DNA of 64,000 nt from Malacoraja senta (lineage: Eukaryota). This document shows, in pieces, positions 1 through 12,374 of the stretch (positions within the stretch are counted from its first letter, which is position 1; every line of letters starts with the position of its first letter). The stretch covers positions 3,968,001 through 4,032,000 of the forward strand of contig CM075991.1 in assembly GCA_038087875.1 (NCBI GenBank). The letters are read 5' to 3'. The notes beneath the pieces are model-generated. The model saw nothing but the letters and a program-made list of their open reading frames with translations. It did not search any database and was not told the origin of the DNA. Position numbers and translations under genes: made by a program.

Positions 1-67
1 ACACCAACACTATCCTACACACACTAGGGACAATTTACAATTTTACCAGGCCAATTAACCTAAAACC

Positions 68-275
68 TGTGTAGGAAGGAACTGCAGATGCTGGTTTATA
101 CCGAAGATAGACACAAAATGCGGGAGTAACTCAGTGGGACAAGCGGCATCTCTGGAGAGAAGGAATGGGCGACTTTTCGGGTGAGTTTGAAGAAGATTTT
201 CAGCCCAAAACGTAACCCATTCTTTCTCCAGAGATGCTGCCTGTCCCACTGAGTTATTCCAGCATTCTGTGTACA
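68..275. mobile_element. Palindromic short repeat (hammerhead-core family, degenerate) interrupting a SINE
   Basis: An arm GACACAAAATGC..GAGTAACTCAG..GGGACA..GCATCTCTGGAGAGAAGGAATGGG is followed by its reverse complement; the SINE sequence resumes afterwards. Confidence 0.75.
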
Positions 276-985
276 TTTAACATACTGTGTAACCTACACA
301 TCTTTGGATTGTTGGAGGGAACCTGAGATCTCAGAGGAAAACCATGCAGGTCATGGGGAGAACGTACAAACTCTGTACAGACAAGCGCCCGTAGTCAGGA
401 TCGAACCCGGGTCTCTGGCGCTGTAATGCAGCAACTCTACCGCTGCGCCGACCTTGTGGCAACCCAAGCTTGGATTCCTTTTGACAAGTTATTTATTTAT
501 GCAGTAACAGGATGTAACTTTCATTGCCAGCATTTAGCCTTCATCCCTCATTACCCTTGAACCAGTTGAGGCAAATGTCACCACCTTGTGTCACAACCCC
601 ACTCTGGATCTGAATGGCAGCCCTACTCATATGGCCTACATAGTGGGACAAATTGGAAACTTCAGCCCAACCTCTCTCTGTAGCTAATACCTCCTAAACC
701 AGGCATCATTCTGGTAAATAGCTTGTGCTTTGCCACGATCATTGCAATCTCCTCCAACATCCTCCACTCTTCCTCCCATCCCAATGAGTTAAGGGGTAGG
801 GAGTCTCACTGGCCAACAATACAATGGTGGTACTCATCAAGCTATCAACAGGTGCTATGGGCAATGCTGTAGTTCCAGGTGTATTCTGCTGGAGCATGGG
901 ATCGCATGGATTGGGGAAGTGCGGGATTCCCACTGTTCTCTCTCACGGGATTGCGTTGCCCAACAGATTTTGTTTGCACCCGCAG

Positions 986-1169
986 GAACCGCAGGTTCGA
1001 CTCAGAGGAGGTCCCAAGATCGGAGAAGGCAGAGTGGAGGTGTTGAAGAACGGGCAGTGGGGAACCATCTGCGACGGTTATTGGGGTCTCGTGTCAGCCA
1101 GTGTGGTCTGTCGGCAGCTGGGATTCGGCACAGCCAAGGATGCCTTGGCCGGGGCTCAAATGGGCAAAG
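986..1169 (+). CDS. LOXL2: LOXL2-like lysyl oxidase, internal exon (first part of SRCR domain 3)
   Basis: Acceptor cgcag|986 and donor 1169|gtgagg; 184 nt, ends in phase 1. Translates [61 protein letters not shown], matching the LOXL2-4 SRCR3 pattern and closest to LOXL2 ([23 protein letters not shown]). The paralog assignment is less certain than the family call. Confidence 0.9.
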
Positions 1170-1174
1170 GTGAG

Positions 1175-1960
1175 GCCTTCCCCTCCCTTCATCTCCATCT
1201 GCCCCCAGCCTAACACCAGCCATTCCCCAATAACCCTGTCCTCTCCTTCCATCTCCATCTGCCTCTACCACAACCCCAGCCATTCCCCAATGGCCGCATC
1301 TCGTCCCACCTTCCCCATCTGCCTCCACCCTAACACCAGCCATTACCCAATGGCCATGTCCTTTCCACCATTCCCCCTTCCTCCATCAAATTACCAGCCA
1401 TTCCCCAACGACCCCAACCCATCCCACCATCTTCATCTGCCCTGACCCTAACACCAGCCATTCCCCAATGATCCCATCCTCTCCACCATTCCCTCTGCCT
1501 CCAGCCAACTCCCTGCCATTCTCCAATAAACCTGTCTTCTCCCTCCATCCCCCTCTGCCCCTACCCTAACACCAGCCAATAACCCCGTCCCCTCCCTCCA
1601 TCCCTATCTGCCCCCAGCCGACCCCTGCGCCATTCCCCAATGACCCTCTCCTTCATCCTCTCTGCCCCAACTCCAATCATTCCCCAATGACCTCATCCTC
1701 TCCCTCCATCCCCATCTTTCCATATTCCCCTACCCCAACACCAGCCTTTCCCAATAAAACCCATCCTCCCAACACATTCCCTCTCCCACTACCCAACCAG
1801 CTGCTGTTGCCCAAGAACCCCCACCTCTCCCTCCATCTCCGCCTGCCCCTACCATAACACCAGCCAATAACCCAGTCGTCCCCAATCCCTCTTCCCCCTT
1901 CTCACCACCAGCCATTCCCCCACAACCCCATCCACTACGCCTACCACTCCCACAGCCCAA
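1175..1960. repeat. ~60-bp C-rich minisatellite in a LOXL intron
   Basis: The CCAGCCATT(C/A)CCCAA motif recurs at 1216, 1276, 1336, about 1394 and about 1454 and onward, degenerating toward 1960. Confidence 0.9.
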
Positions 1961-2202
1961 GATTTATAGGGTCATGTATGGAATAATGTATGGAAGCATT
2001 ACTTTGGTCCAACCTGTCCATGCTGACTACGTTGTCTACCTGAGCAGTTAAGACTATATGAACAATGTGGCTTTTTATAACCTCAAAGCATCACTAAACC
2101 ACTTGGCAGCCAGTAAGGTTTGCTCCCTGCCGTAAGGCAGGATGTGTGACAGCTATCTCAGCACAGCAGCATCCCAGACAAAGATAACCAGTTAAAGACA
2201 CA

Positions 2203-2640
2203 AACATAGAAACATAGAAAATAGGTGCAGGAGTGGCCGAACTCAGTATCCTGTACCTGCCTTCTCTCCATATCCCCTGATCCCTTTAGCCACAAGGGCC
2301 ACATCTAACTCCCTCTTAAACATAGCCAATGAACTGGCCTCAACTACCTTCTGTGGCAGAGAATTCCACAGATTCACCACTCTCTGTGTGAAAAAATGTT
2401 TTTCTCATCTCGGTCCTAAAAGACTTCCCCCTTATCCTTAAACTGTGACCCCTTGTTCTGGACTTCCCCAACATCGGGAATAATCTTCCTGCATCTAGCC
2501 TGTCCAACCCCTTAAGTATTTTGTAAATTTCTATAAGATCCCCCCTCAATCTTCTAAATTCTAGCGAGTACAAGCCAAGTCTATCCTGTCTTTCTTCATA
2601 TGAAAGTCCTGCCATCCCAGGAATCAGCCTGGTGATCCTT
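2203..2640 (-). mobile_element. CR1-clade LINE 3' fragment (HER1-like)
   Basis: ORF2 C-terminus [24 protein letters not shown]...RTRGHSLRI plus a (TTTCTATG)n tail. Confidence 0.9.
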
Positions 2641-5466
2641 CTCCTGGAGTGCTGGAGTAACTCAACAGGTCAGGCAGCATCTCTGGTGAACAGGGATAGA
2701 TGACGTTTCATTTCGGGACCTTTCCTCAGACTCCAGTTTTCTGGCCCGACTTTGGGATCTGGAATCTTATAAATCTAGCTGAGAGAGCAGACTAGACGAT
2801 TTATCGGCCATTCGGTCTGGATCATCTGCTCTGGTTTCTGGAGTGACTTGTGAAGCCGCTACTGAGGGGACCACCCACTGACACACTGACAGAGCAATGC
2901 TCGTGTGAGAGCCTGGTGTGGTTTTAAAGGAAGCTTGGGAATGTCTTTTGTTTTGAAGCCGGGATGAGTTCTCCCACATGCGAAGACCAAAGTTAGGTCA
3001 CCTGCAGGTCATCGCGACAGGAACTTCCAGCCGGGGATAAACCCAGCAATCATTAAGTCATTATTATCGGAAAATGACATTTTCATTCTTAATAAAGGGA
3101 GCACAAGAAATGTAACCAGACAGGCAGTCATTACATGCAGTGGGGGTCAATTCATCCAGTGTGTGATAACTCACTACACATCTTTGTAGTTCAATTGTGC
3201 GTTATTGTCATGTACACCTGTACAGGTACACTGGTACAGGTACAGTGAAATACCTTTTTCAGCATGCAGTTCAGTGAAACATAGAAAATAGGTGCAGGAG
3301 GAGGCCATTCGACCCTTTGAGCCAGCACCGCCATTCATTGTGATCATAGCTGATCGTCCCCAATCAATAACCCGTGCCTGCCTTCTCCCCATATCCTTTG
3401 ATTCCACTAGCCTCTAGAGCTCTCTTAAATCCATCCAGTGATTTGGCCTCCACTGCCCTCTGTGGCAGGGAATTCCACAAATTCACAACTCTCTGGGTGA
3501 AAAAGTTTTTTTCTCACCTCAGTCTTAAATTGCCTCCCCTTTATTCTAAGACTTTTTTAAAAGTTTGTAAATGATCTATTGTAGGAATTATGTAGAGTAT
3601 GACTCTAATGGACCAGTGTGGAACAAGGTTAGTTTCTCAATTCTATTTTTCTCCCAATCTCTCCTGAAGGTGTTTAAGTTATATTTATGCAGAATAGTGG
3701 TAAATTGGTTCTCTGCAAGCTGCTGTATCTTGCCCACCATGTCTTGTCCCATTCTTAGTGCCTACCCATTCATTACTGGCACACCAAGCTATCGGTTTCG
3801 ACCCGAAATGTTGCCTATTTCCTTCGCTCCGTAGATGCTGCCTCACCCACTGAGTTTCTCCAGCATTTTTGTCTACCTTCGATTTTCCAGCATCTGCAGT
3901 TCCTTCTTAAACATCCTTCTACCCCATCTGGTTAACCCCAGGGTTGGCTGTATATGTGTTGGTATCTTCCTGATGTCCTCCCACCGCTCTGACTTGTGGT
4001 CATAGTCGCATCGAGTTTCTCGTTGCTTGTTCTTAATAACTCGCCAGACCCCAGCTGAATGGTTCAGCAAATTCCTGACTCCCTGCCAAAGGGGAACTGG
4101 CCTACCCACAACTATGAGAAGCAGCTATGAGGAAAAAGTATGAGAAGCAGAGAGGAGGGGGGGAGGGGGGGTCATTTGAGAGGGAAGGGAAAACAAAGGA
4201 GAGATTGGAAGAAAATTCAAATAGAGAAAATGAGCCAAGAGTGTTTGACCTGTATTCACTGGAGTTTAGAAGGATGAGGGGGACGGGGGGTGGGGGGGAA
4301 CCTCATTGAAACTTACCGAATAGTGAAAGGCCTGGATAGAGTGAATGTCGAGAGTATGTTTCCACCATTGGGAGAGTCTAGGAGCGGAGGCCATAGCTTC
4401 AGAATAAAAGGACATACCTTTAGAAAGGAGATGAGGAGGAATTTCTTTAGCCGGAGAGTGGTGAATCTGTGGAATTCACTGCCACAGAAGGCTGTGGAAG
4501 CCATCAATGGATATTTTTAAGGTGGAGGTTGATAGATTCGTGATTAGTACTGGTGTCAGGGATGATGGGGAGAAGCAGAAGAATAGGGTTGAGAGGGAAA
4601 GATAGATCAGCCGTGATTGAATAGTGGAGTAGAATGTTGGGCCAAATGGCCTTATTCCGCTCCTATAACTTATGAACTTATGAGTAAAGCCTTCCACAGT
4701 GGTGCAGCAGGAACTTGGCATGCCTTTATATATAACACTCAATTTATGTGGCTTTCTAGGAGCAGTTTTACATGGAACATAGAACAGTATAGCACAGGAT
4801 GAACCCCCGAGCTGCAGCTGAATGTTTTAAACAGTGACTGTTGCCAGTCTTTGAATGTTCCAGTTCCAGTTAAGTTTATTGTCACGTGTACAGTGAAAAG
4901 CTCTTTGTTGCGTGCTATCCAGTCAGTGGTAAGAAAATACATGATTACAATCGAGCCATTTACAGTGTGTAGATACATGATAAGGGAATAACTTTTAGTG
5001 CGAGATAAAGCCAGCAAAGTCCGCTCAAGGATAGTCCGAGGGTCACCGATGAGTTCATGACTGCTGCAGAGGCAATGGGAAGGCAATCAGCAGTCTAGAG
5101 GAGAACTCACCTGGATTGCCATTGAGTCCCCCTGAAGTTTCAGTGTTGTGGCCTCCACAGAGCAAGGGTTCAGTATTAGTATTCAGTATTATCTTTATTG
5201 TCATTTCACGGAGTACTTTATTTTAACTTTAATGTCATTTCACATACACAGAAGAAACGAAAAATTGTGTCTCATCAGTTCCTGTCAGTGCAATTAATAA
5301 AAACAGAATAAATACATACAACTTTAAAATTAACATATCTAAAATAGACCTAAAATTGAACTAAAAACAGACATTCAGACCGAACAGTGACTTTACCTTG
5401 ACAGGTAAAGCCACATGTTGGGAGCCACATGATGCTCACATCTCACTGGATTCCTCTCCCTTGCAG

Positions 5467-5615
5467 GTATTGGCTCGGTGCACATGGGCAAGGTGTTGTG
5501 TACGGGCTTTGAGAGCTCCATCACCGACTGCTCCTTCAACCAGCTTGACCTGTGCGATCATGATGAGGATGCCTCGGTACGCTGCAACATTCCGGCCATG
5601 GGCTTCGAGAACCAG
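5467..5615 (+). CDS. LOXL2: LOXL2-like exon (end of SRCR3 plus linker)
   Basis: ttgcag|5467 ... 5615|gtggg; 149 nt, phase 1 to 0, in frame with the previous exon: GIGSVHMGKVLCTGFESSITDCSFNQLDLCDHDEDASVRCNIPAMGFENQ. Confidence 0.9.
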
Positions 5616-7588
5616 GTGGGCTGAAACCGCAGCCTGGTCTGTGCAGCTTACATCACCTTTACCATCATAAAACAGCCCAATGCACTGTAGATACGAGGAA
5701 CTGCAGATGATGAGGGTTGACAAAAAAAAGAGCTGGAGTAACTCAGCGGATCAGGCAACATCCCTGGAGAACATGGTTAGGTGGCTTTCGGGTTGCGACC
5801 CTTCTTCAGTCTGAAACGTCACCTATCCATGTGGAACACCCCTAGGTGTTTAACAAACTTAATCCATATTCACATCTCTTTCAGCCACAATTATGCCACA
5901 TTCCAGCTGCTATTCTCCCCCATTTCAGGTTCATCCGTAAATACATATATGTTCCGGTGTTCCTCAATTACTGTTGCGATCACACTTTGCGATCCACACT
6001 CAATGCCCTGTGGAGGTGCATGCATTCTCCTCCACACTCCCTCCAGTGGCATCAACTCACCCTGTCTCAAAGCTGCCCAGTTTTAGAGTCATAGACTGAT
6101 ACAGTGTGGAAACAGGCCCTTTGGCTCAACTTGCCCACACCAGCCAACATGTCCCAGCTACACTCATCCCACCTGCCTGCGCTTGGTCCACATCCCTCCA
6201 AACCTGTCCTATCCATGTACCTGTCTAACTGTTTCTTAAACGTTGGGATATTCCCAGCCTCAACTACCTCATCAGGCAGCTTGTTCCATACACCCTTTCA
6301 CCCTTTCATTCCATTCACCCTTTGTGTGAAAAGATTCCTCCTCAGATTCCAATTAAATCTTTTCCCCTTCACCTTGAACCTATGTCCTCTAGTCCTCGAT
6401 TCCCCTACTCTGGGCAAGAGATTCTGTGCATTACTCTCATGATTTTATGCACCTCTATAAGATCACCCCTCATCCTCCTGCGCTCCAAGGAATAGAGACC
6501 CAGCTTACTCAACCTCTCCCTGTCGCTCACACCTGGGAACATCATTGTAATTTTTTTCTGAATCCTTTCAAGCTTGACAATATCTTTCCTATAACATGGT
6601 GCCCAGAACTGAACACAATATTCTAAATGCATTCTCTCCAACGTCTTATACAACTGCAACAGTTGCTCAGTTCCACTTCATCTTTTCTTGCGTCCAGTGC
6701 TTTTACAATAGAATGTCCACTTTCTTTCAACATCAAGGATCGCAAACTTCCAACAAATTTTCATTTCAAACACTCCTCCACCTCCTAATCTCATCTCTGG
6801 TCAAGTTTTCAAGGTCCCGTCCAACCTTGCCTTCAACAATCAGCTTCATTGCCTGGTGCTCAACCTGCATGGATACCACTCATGATGTGGTGTTGACGTT
6901 TGACTGCCGTCATCTCTCTTCTCGCTCCTGCAGCCTGGAGTCTTCACCCAAGACCGTCAGCACTTTCTCCCATCTTTCAAATTCCCCCAAAAGACCTGGC
7001 TTCATAGTCATATGGCACAGAAACAGGCCTCTTCGGCCCAATTCATCCATTCCAACCAAGATGTCCTTATGTGAATACCATGTGTAGGTGATCTCATCCC
7101 AACTAGCCAACATAACATTGACCAACTCCATTTTACCACTCGCTTGCTTGCTCTAATCCATCCAACACGAATCCTGCAGAACTCCACTCACTCAGCACCG
7201 ACCCCAGCATTGTCATTAACCGAAGGACAAGGGTGGTGCTATGGTTGGTTGTTTGGCTCCACCATTGTTGAGCTTTGGGATCATGATTGCTTTCTTGAAT
7301 GGACTGATTTGGCCGTTCCTTCATTGATGTTAGGTCAAGATCCTGAAGATGGTCTTCTCAAAGGACAACCTGGATTGGCCAATCTTTACAGCCCATGCCG
7401 GTAAACCTTTAAGATCACTGGGCTGATGTTTTTGTTGAAAGAACAATAAAACAATAATGGGGAATAATGGAAATAAGCAGCATTGTCATGAATCAATCAG
7501 TCAAAGCTCAGCTATCTTTCACTGTCTCTTTCTCTCTCTCTCTCCCACCCTCCTCTCCCCCTGGCCTGTTGGAACTCACGGCCTATAG

Positions 7589-7756
7589 ATCCGCCTGGCT
7601 GGAGGTCGTACCCCCTACGAGGGGCGGGTGGAGGTCTTTGCGAAGAGGAATGGCACCCAGAGGTGGGGGACGGTCTGCAGTGACAACTGGGGCATCATGG
7701 AGGCTCTGGTGGTATGCCGGCAGCTGGGCCTGGGCTTTGCTGACCATGCGGTTCAG
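7589..7756 (+). CDS. LOXL2: LOXL2-like exon (first part of SRCR4)
   Basis: tatag|7589 ... 7756|gtagg; 168 nt, phase 0-0: [56 protein letters not shown]. The NGT sequon sits where LOXL2 has RNGS. Confidence 0.9.
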
Positions 7757-8184
7757 GTAGGTTGCCGTGGAGTCCAGAACCACATCAGCGTCACCTCAGC
7801 TGAGCGCCGGCTATGAACATTAAGCAGTAACATTCGCCGTGCAAGAGAAATCTTGGAAAGCACAACACGGCTCCAGTTGTTAACCTTATGTCACACTGTT
7901 GGCTAGTGTATCGTCCTGCTCCCTTGTTAAAATAAATAGGTTTAGGGTTATTATTATCACTTGCACTGAGGTACAATGCTGCCCCAACAGATCAGATACA
8001 CTATGCATAGATACAATCAGTTCTATCTCAACTACAATAGATAGAGTAAATGGGAAGATACAGAGTGCGGAATATAGTTCTCAGCACATTGTAGCACATC
8101 AGTTCCTCAGACAAAGTTGAATACCCTCAATGGGGTAGAGGTGAATCGAGCAGTACCCTTTCAGGGCCGTTAAGAAGCCTGATT

Positions 8185-8478
8185 AAGTGCAGCACTGTGT
8201 CGCAGCGGTAGAGTTGTTGCCTTACAGCGCCAAAGACCCGGGATCCATCCTGACTACGGGTGCTGTCTGTGCGGAGTTTGTACGTTCCCCTTGCGACCCT
8301 GTGGGTTTTCTCTGTTTCCTACCACACTCCAAACACGTACAGGTTTGTAGTTTAATTGGATTCAGTAAAAAAAAATGTCCTAGGGTGTGGAATAGTGTTG
8401 GTGTATGGGGTGATCTCTGGTTGGCGTGGACTCGTCGGGCCGAAAGGTCTGTTTCCTCGCTGTATCTCTAAAGTCTAA
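8185..8478 (+). mobile_element. tRNA-derived V-SINE (HE1-like); representative of many copies in the window
   Basis: A/B-box-like head, central GGAGTTTGTACGTTC...CCACACTCCAAA..GTACAGGTTTGTAG domain, and a CR1-like 3' end GGGCCGAA.GG.CTGTTTCC..GCTGTATCTCTAAA. Other copies include about 17675-17985(-), 20538-20842(+), 34150-34460(-), 35955-36250(-), 39020-39306(+), 50955-51260(-), 56490-56806(+) and 63270-63560(+). Confidence 0.85.
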
Positions 8479-9640
8479 CATGGCGGAAGAAGCTGCTCCT
8501 GAGTCTGGAGGTGCACGCTTTCAAGCTTCTGTACCTTAGCTTAGAAGAAAATATTAACGGGATGATCTCGGGATTAACATTGTTTAACTAGCCACAAAGA
8601 AGAAACAGACTGCAATTCTAGACGCATAGAAAGGACTGAAGGAAGTCTTAAAAGTTATAAAAAGTTTAATTTGGTGTTTGGAGGGAGAGTTCTATTTGTG
8701 GGAGTCATAAATACAGACAACCACTCGTTAATCCAAGAGGGAATCCAGGAGAAATGTTTTTTGCCCAGTGATCTATTTGAAGATGAGGATCTCACCACAG
8801 GGAAAGTAGGAGTTGGCAGATCATATGGTGTAACTTCCTGCAATGTATCCTGCTGGAGATAGCAACCCTTCCAACCTTTGGAGAAGCCCCAAAACCACAA
8901 TACTATTTGGCCGGATGATTTAATCCTTCTTTGCGTGTTGTGCACTTGTGTCTTTTACGATCTGGGTTAGAATACTGAGTTGCAAGCAAGGTAGGAAGCA
9001 TTGACAATGAAATACAAGGGGGCTGGCATTGAGGAGTGGGTTAATCCTGGCAAGGGGCATATGGACCAATGGCTTAGAACAAATCTTCATGCGATGCAAC
9101 CAATGTCCATTGGAGGGGCAGGTGGCTGAGGAAGCTCTTTCCTTGTGATATTCCCTACAACTTGTCTTCACCTCAGCTCCTCTGTGTTTGTGGCATCTTT
9201 CAGTCTAGTGGGGGCAAACCTCAAACAAGGGATGGGATAGGGTGGTCAAGAACGCTTTCTGCACATTGGCCTTCATCAGTCAGGGTATTGAGTATAGAAC
9301 CCGGGAAGTAATGTTATAGTTGTACAAGATGTTGGTGAGGCTGCGTTTGGAGTTTTGTGTTCAGGTTTGGTCACTCTGCGATAGGAAAGATGTTGTTAAG
9401 TCGGAAAGTGTTCAGAGAAAATTTACAAGGATGTTGCCAGGACTTAAGGGCCTGAGCTAGAGGGAGTGGTTGGGCAAGCTAGGACTTTATTCCTTGGAGT
9501 GCAGGGTGATTTTATAGAGGTGTATGAGATCATAAGGTGAATAAATAGCGTGGATGCACAGTCGCTTACCCAGAATATGAGAATCAAAAACCAGAGGACA
9601 TAGGTTTAAGATGAGAGGGGAAAGATTTAATAGGAATCAA

Positions 9641-9989
9641 GGACGACAGATGGCGCAATGGGCTAAGTGTTCGGCTGGCAACCGGAAGGTAGCCGGTTCG
9701 AATCCCGCTTGGAGTGCGTACTGTCGTTGTGTCCTTGGGCAAGACACTTCACCCACCTTTGCCTGCGTGTGAATGTGTGTGATTGTGTGTGAGTGATTGG
9801 TGGTGGTCGGAGGGGCCGTAGGCGCAGATTAGCAGCCACGCTTCCGTCAGTCTGCCCCAGGGCAGCTGTGGCTATAGAAGTAGCTCACCACCACCGAGTG
9901 TGACTGAGGAGTGAATGAATAATGCGATGTAAAGTGCCTTGAGTATTAGAAAGGCGCTATATAAATCCAATCCATTATTATTATTATTA
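9641..9989 (+). mobile_element. tRNA-derived CORE-type SINE with an L2-like tail, inserted in a CR1 fragment
   Basis: A box TGGCGCAATGG at 9651-9661, B box GGTTCGAATCC at 9695-9705, CORE-like GTGTCCTTGGGCAAGACACTTCACCC at 9729-9754, 3' GTAAAGTGCCTTGAG..AAAGGCGCTATATAAA and a (TTA)n tail. The CR1 sequence continues on both sides. Confidence 0.85.
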
Positions 9990-10153
9990 AGGGGCAACTT
10001 TTTTAAACAGAGGGTGATAGGTATATGGAACGAGCTGCCAGAGAGGATAGTTGAGGCAGATACTATAGCAGCATTTAAAAGGCATTTGGACAGGTCATGT
10101 ACAGGAAAAGTTTAGAGGGACGTGGGCCAAACGTGAGCAGGTGGGGCTAGTGT

Positions 10154-10543
10154 CGGTAGAACCGGGCAATGTTAGGCACTGGCGTGGGGTTTAAAGGACA
10201 CGGAGCCAGTGCCTAACATCGCCTGGCGTGGCTTAAATGGCCACAGGACTTACCATTGTCCCCCGGGGGCTTTAACATCAGGAGCCCCAGTTCGCCTCAA
10301 CGATGCAGTTGGACTGCTGGACTGCGGGAGAAGAACAAAAGGAAGAGATAAGACTTTGCCTTCCATCACAGTGAGGAGATGTTGGAGACTCACTGTGATG
10401 GATGTTTATGTAAACTGTGTTAAGTGTGGGTCTTGGGGTTTTTTGTAATGTAAAAACTGTAGTAAATGCAATTTTGTTCAAACCAAGTTGTTTGAATGAC
10501 AATAAGAGGCATTCTATTCTATTCTATTCTATTCTATTCTATT
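10154..10543 (+). mobile_element. Short retroposed element with an (ATTCT)n tail and 7-bp TSD
   Basis: CTAGTGT is duplicated at 10147-10153 and 10544-10550; the element ends GACAATAAGAGGC(ATTCT)n and interrupts a CR1 3' region. Confidence 0.75.
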
Positions 10544-10837
10544 CTAGTGTAGATGGGGAAGGTTGGTTGACATGTGTAAGTTGGGCCGAAGGGTCCTTTT
10601 CCATCCCTCTATGACTCTCTGATATCACTCCAGGGGGCTACGTGAATGACAAGCATATTTTGTTTAATGTTAGGTGCGAACATTACTGAGTATGGCACTA
10701 TTGAATGTATGGGCACTGGAGAGTGCTTGCACAGTTTTTGTTTTGCATATATTTCTTATTCTGAATGAAATTTATTTTGGGTGGGGGGGGGGGGGGGGGA
10801 AGAAACTCTTTGAATTTCATGTTGGATTTGTCCCCAG

Positions 10838-11003
10838 GACACCTGGTTCTGGGAAGGCGACCGTTCAGCAGATGAGGTGGTGATGAGCGGAGTGAAGTGC
10901 TCTGGGGCAGAGCTGTCTCTCTTCCAGTGTCGCCACCATGGTGAAGACCTCGAGTGCACTAAAGGAGGGGGGCGCTTTGCTGCTGGCATCTCCTGCACTG
11001 AAG
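10838..11003 (+). CDS. LOXL2: LOXL2-like exon (end of SRCR4)
   Basis: ccccag|10838 ... 11003|gtagg; 166 nt, ends in phase 1: DTWFWEGDRSADEVVMSGVKCSGAELSLFQCRHHGEDLECTKGGGRFAAGISCTE. The next expected exon would begin the LOX catalytic domain. Confidence 0.9.
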
Positions 11004-11579
11004 GTAGGTCCGTAATCTCCTCAGTTTGGTTCAACTGATCCAACACTCCCGCTCCTACTCTCCCATTCAACTGGATGGGTGAAAATATGCTTAGAGTATA
11101 AGAGGCAACGAGAGGCTATGTCAAACACTGAATGCTTAATACTACACGGCCCCAATAAATATTTTTTCCCCGGAACGTCGGAGGTTGAAGGAAACCTTGA
11201 TGGAAATGTATAAAATTATAAGAGGCATCGATAGGGTAGACATTCAGAACCTTTTTCTCAGGGTGGAAATGTCCAACACTAGAGAGAAACATGAGTAGAG
11301 ACTAGGAACTGAATATTGTTTAAGAAGGAACTGCAGATGCTGGAAAATCAAAGGTGGACAAAAGTGCTGGAGAAACTCAGCGGGTGCAGCAGCATCTATG
11401 GAGCGAAGGAAATAGGCAAAGTTTCGGGCCTATTTGAGATGTCATATCGAGACCCTTCTTCAGACTGAATTGTAAGCTGTCCAAGCGAAATATGAGGTGC
11501 TGACCCTCCAATTTGCACTGGGCCTCACTCTCTGACAGTGAATGAGGCCCAGGACAGAAAGGTCAGTGTGGGAGTGGGA

Positions 11580-12174
11580 TAGAAACATAGAAACATAGAA
11601 AATAGGTGCAGGAGTAGGCCATTCGGCCCTTCGAGCCTGCACCGCCATTCAATATGATCATGGCTGATCATCCAATCAGTATCCTGTACCTGCCTTCTCT
11701 CCATACCCCCTGATCCCTTTAGCCACAAGGGCCACATCTAACTCCCTCTTAAATATAGCCAATGAACTGGCCTCAACTACCTTCTGTGGCAGAGAATTCC
11801 ACAGATTCACCACTCTCTGTGTAAAGAATGATTTTCTCATCTCGGTCCTTAAAGGCTTCCCCCTTATCCTTAAACTGTGACCCCTTGTTCTGGACTTCCC
11901 CAACATCGGGAATAATCTTCCTGCATCTAGCCTGTCCAACCCCTTAAGAATTTTGTAAGTTTCTATAAGATCCCCCCTCAATCTTCTAAATTCTAGCGAG
12001 TACAAGCCGAGTCTATCCAGTCTATCAGTCTGGTGAACCTTCTCTGTACTCCCACAATGGCAAGAATGTCTTTCCTCAGATTAGGAGACCAAAACAGTAC
12101 GCAATACTCCAGGTGTGGTCGCACCAAGACCCTGTACAACTGCAGTAGAACCTCCCTGCTCTTATATTTAAATC
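11580..12174 (-). mobile_element. CR1-clade LINE 3' fragment abutting the gap
   Basis: [18 protein letters not shown]... and YSLEFRRLRGDL...GYGEKAGTGY; the (TTTCTATG)n tail is at about 11580-11600. Confidence 0.92.
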
Positions 12175-12374
12175 NNNNNNNNNNNNNNNNNNNNNNNNNN
12201 NNNNNNNNNNNNNNNNNNNNNNNNNNNNNNNNNNNNNNNNNNNNNNNNNNNNNNNNNNNNNNNNNNNNNNNNNNNNNNNNNNNNNNNNNNNNNNNNNNNN
12301 NNNNNNNNNNNNNNNNNNNNNNNNNNNNNNNNNNNNNNNNNNNNNNNNNNNNNNNNNNNNNNNNNNNNNNNNNN
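12175..12374. other. Assembly gap (200 N)
   Basis: Exactly 200 Ns, a round number typical of a scaffolding join of unknown true size. The left side ends inside a CR1 copy. Confidence 0.99.

Noticed and set aside
824..985. N-terminal part of ORF 824..1213 as coding sequence
   Set aside because: It lies upstream of the splice acceptor at 985 and has no LOXL similarity, so it is intronic read-through.
6640..7420. Possible coding or LINE remnant in a LOXL intron
   Set aside because: Only vague RTE-like words interrupted by stops; it cannot be assigned without a search.
9641..9712. tRNA gene (also the heads of the many V-SINEs)
   Set aside because: The A and B boxes continue into a SINE body and LINE-like tail, with no convincing cloverleaf or poly-T terminator.
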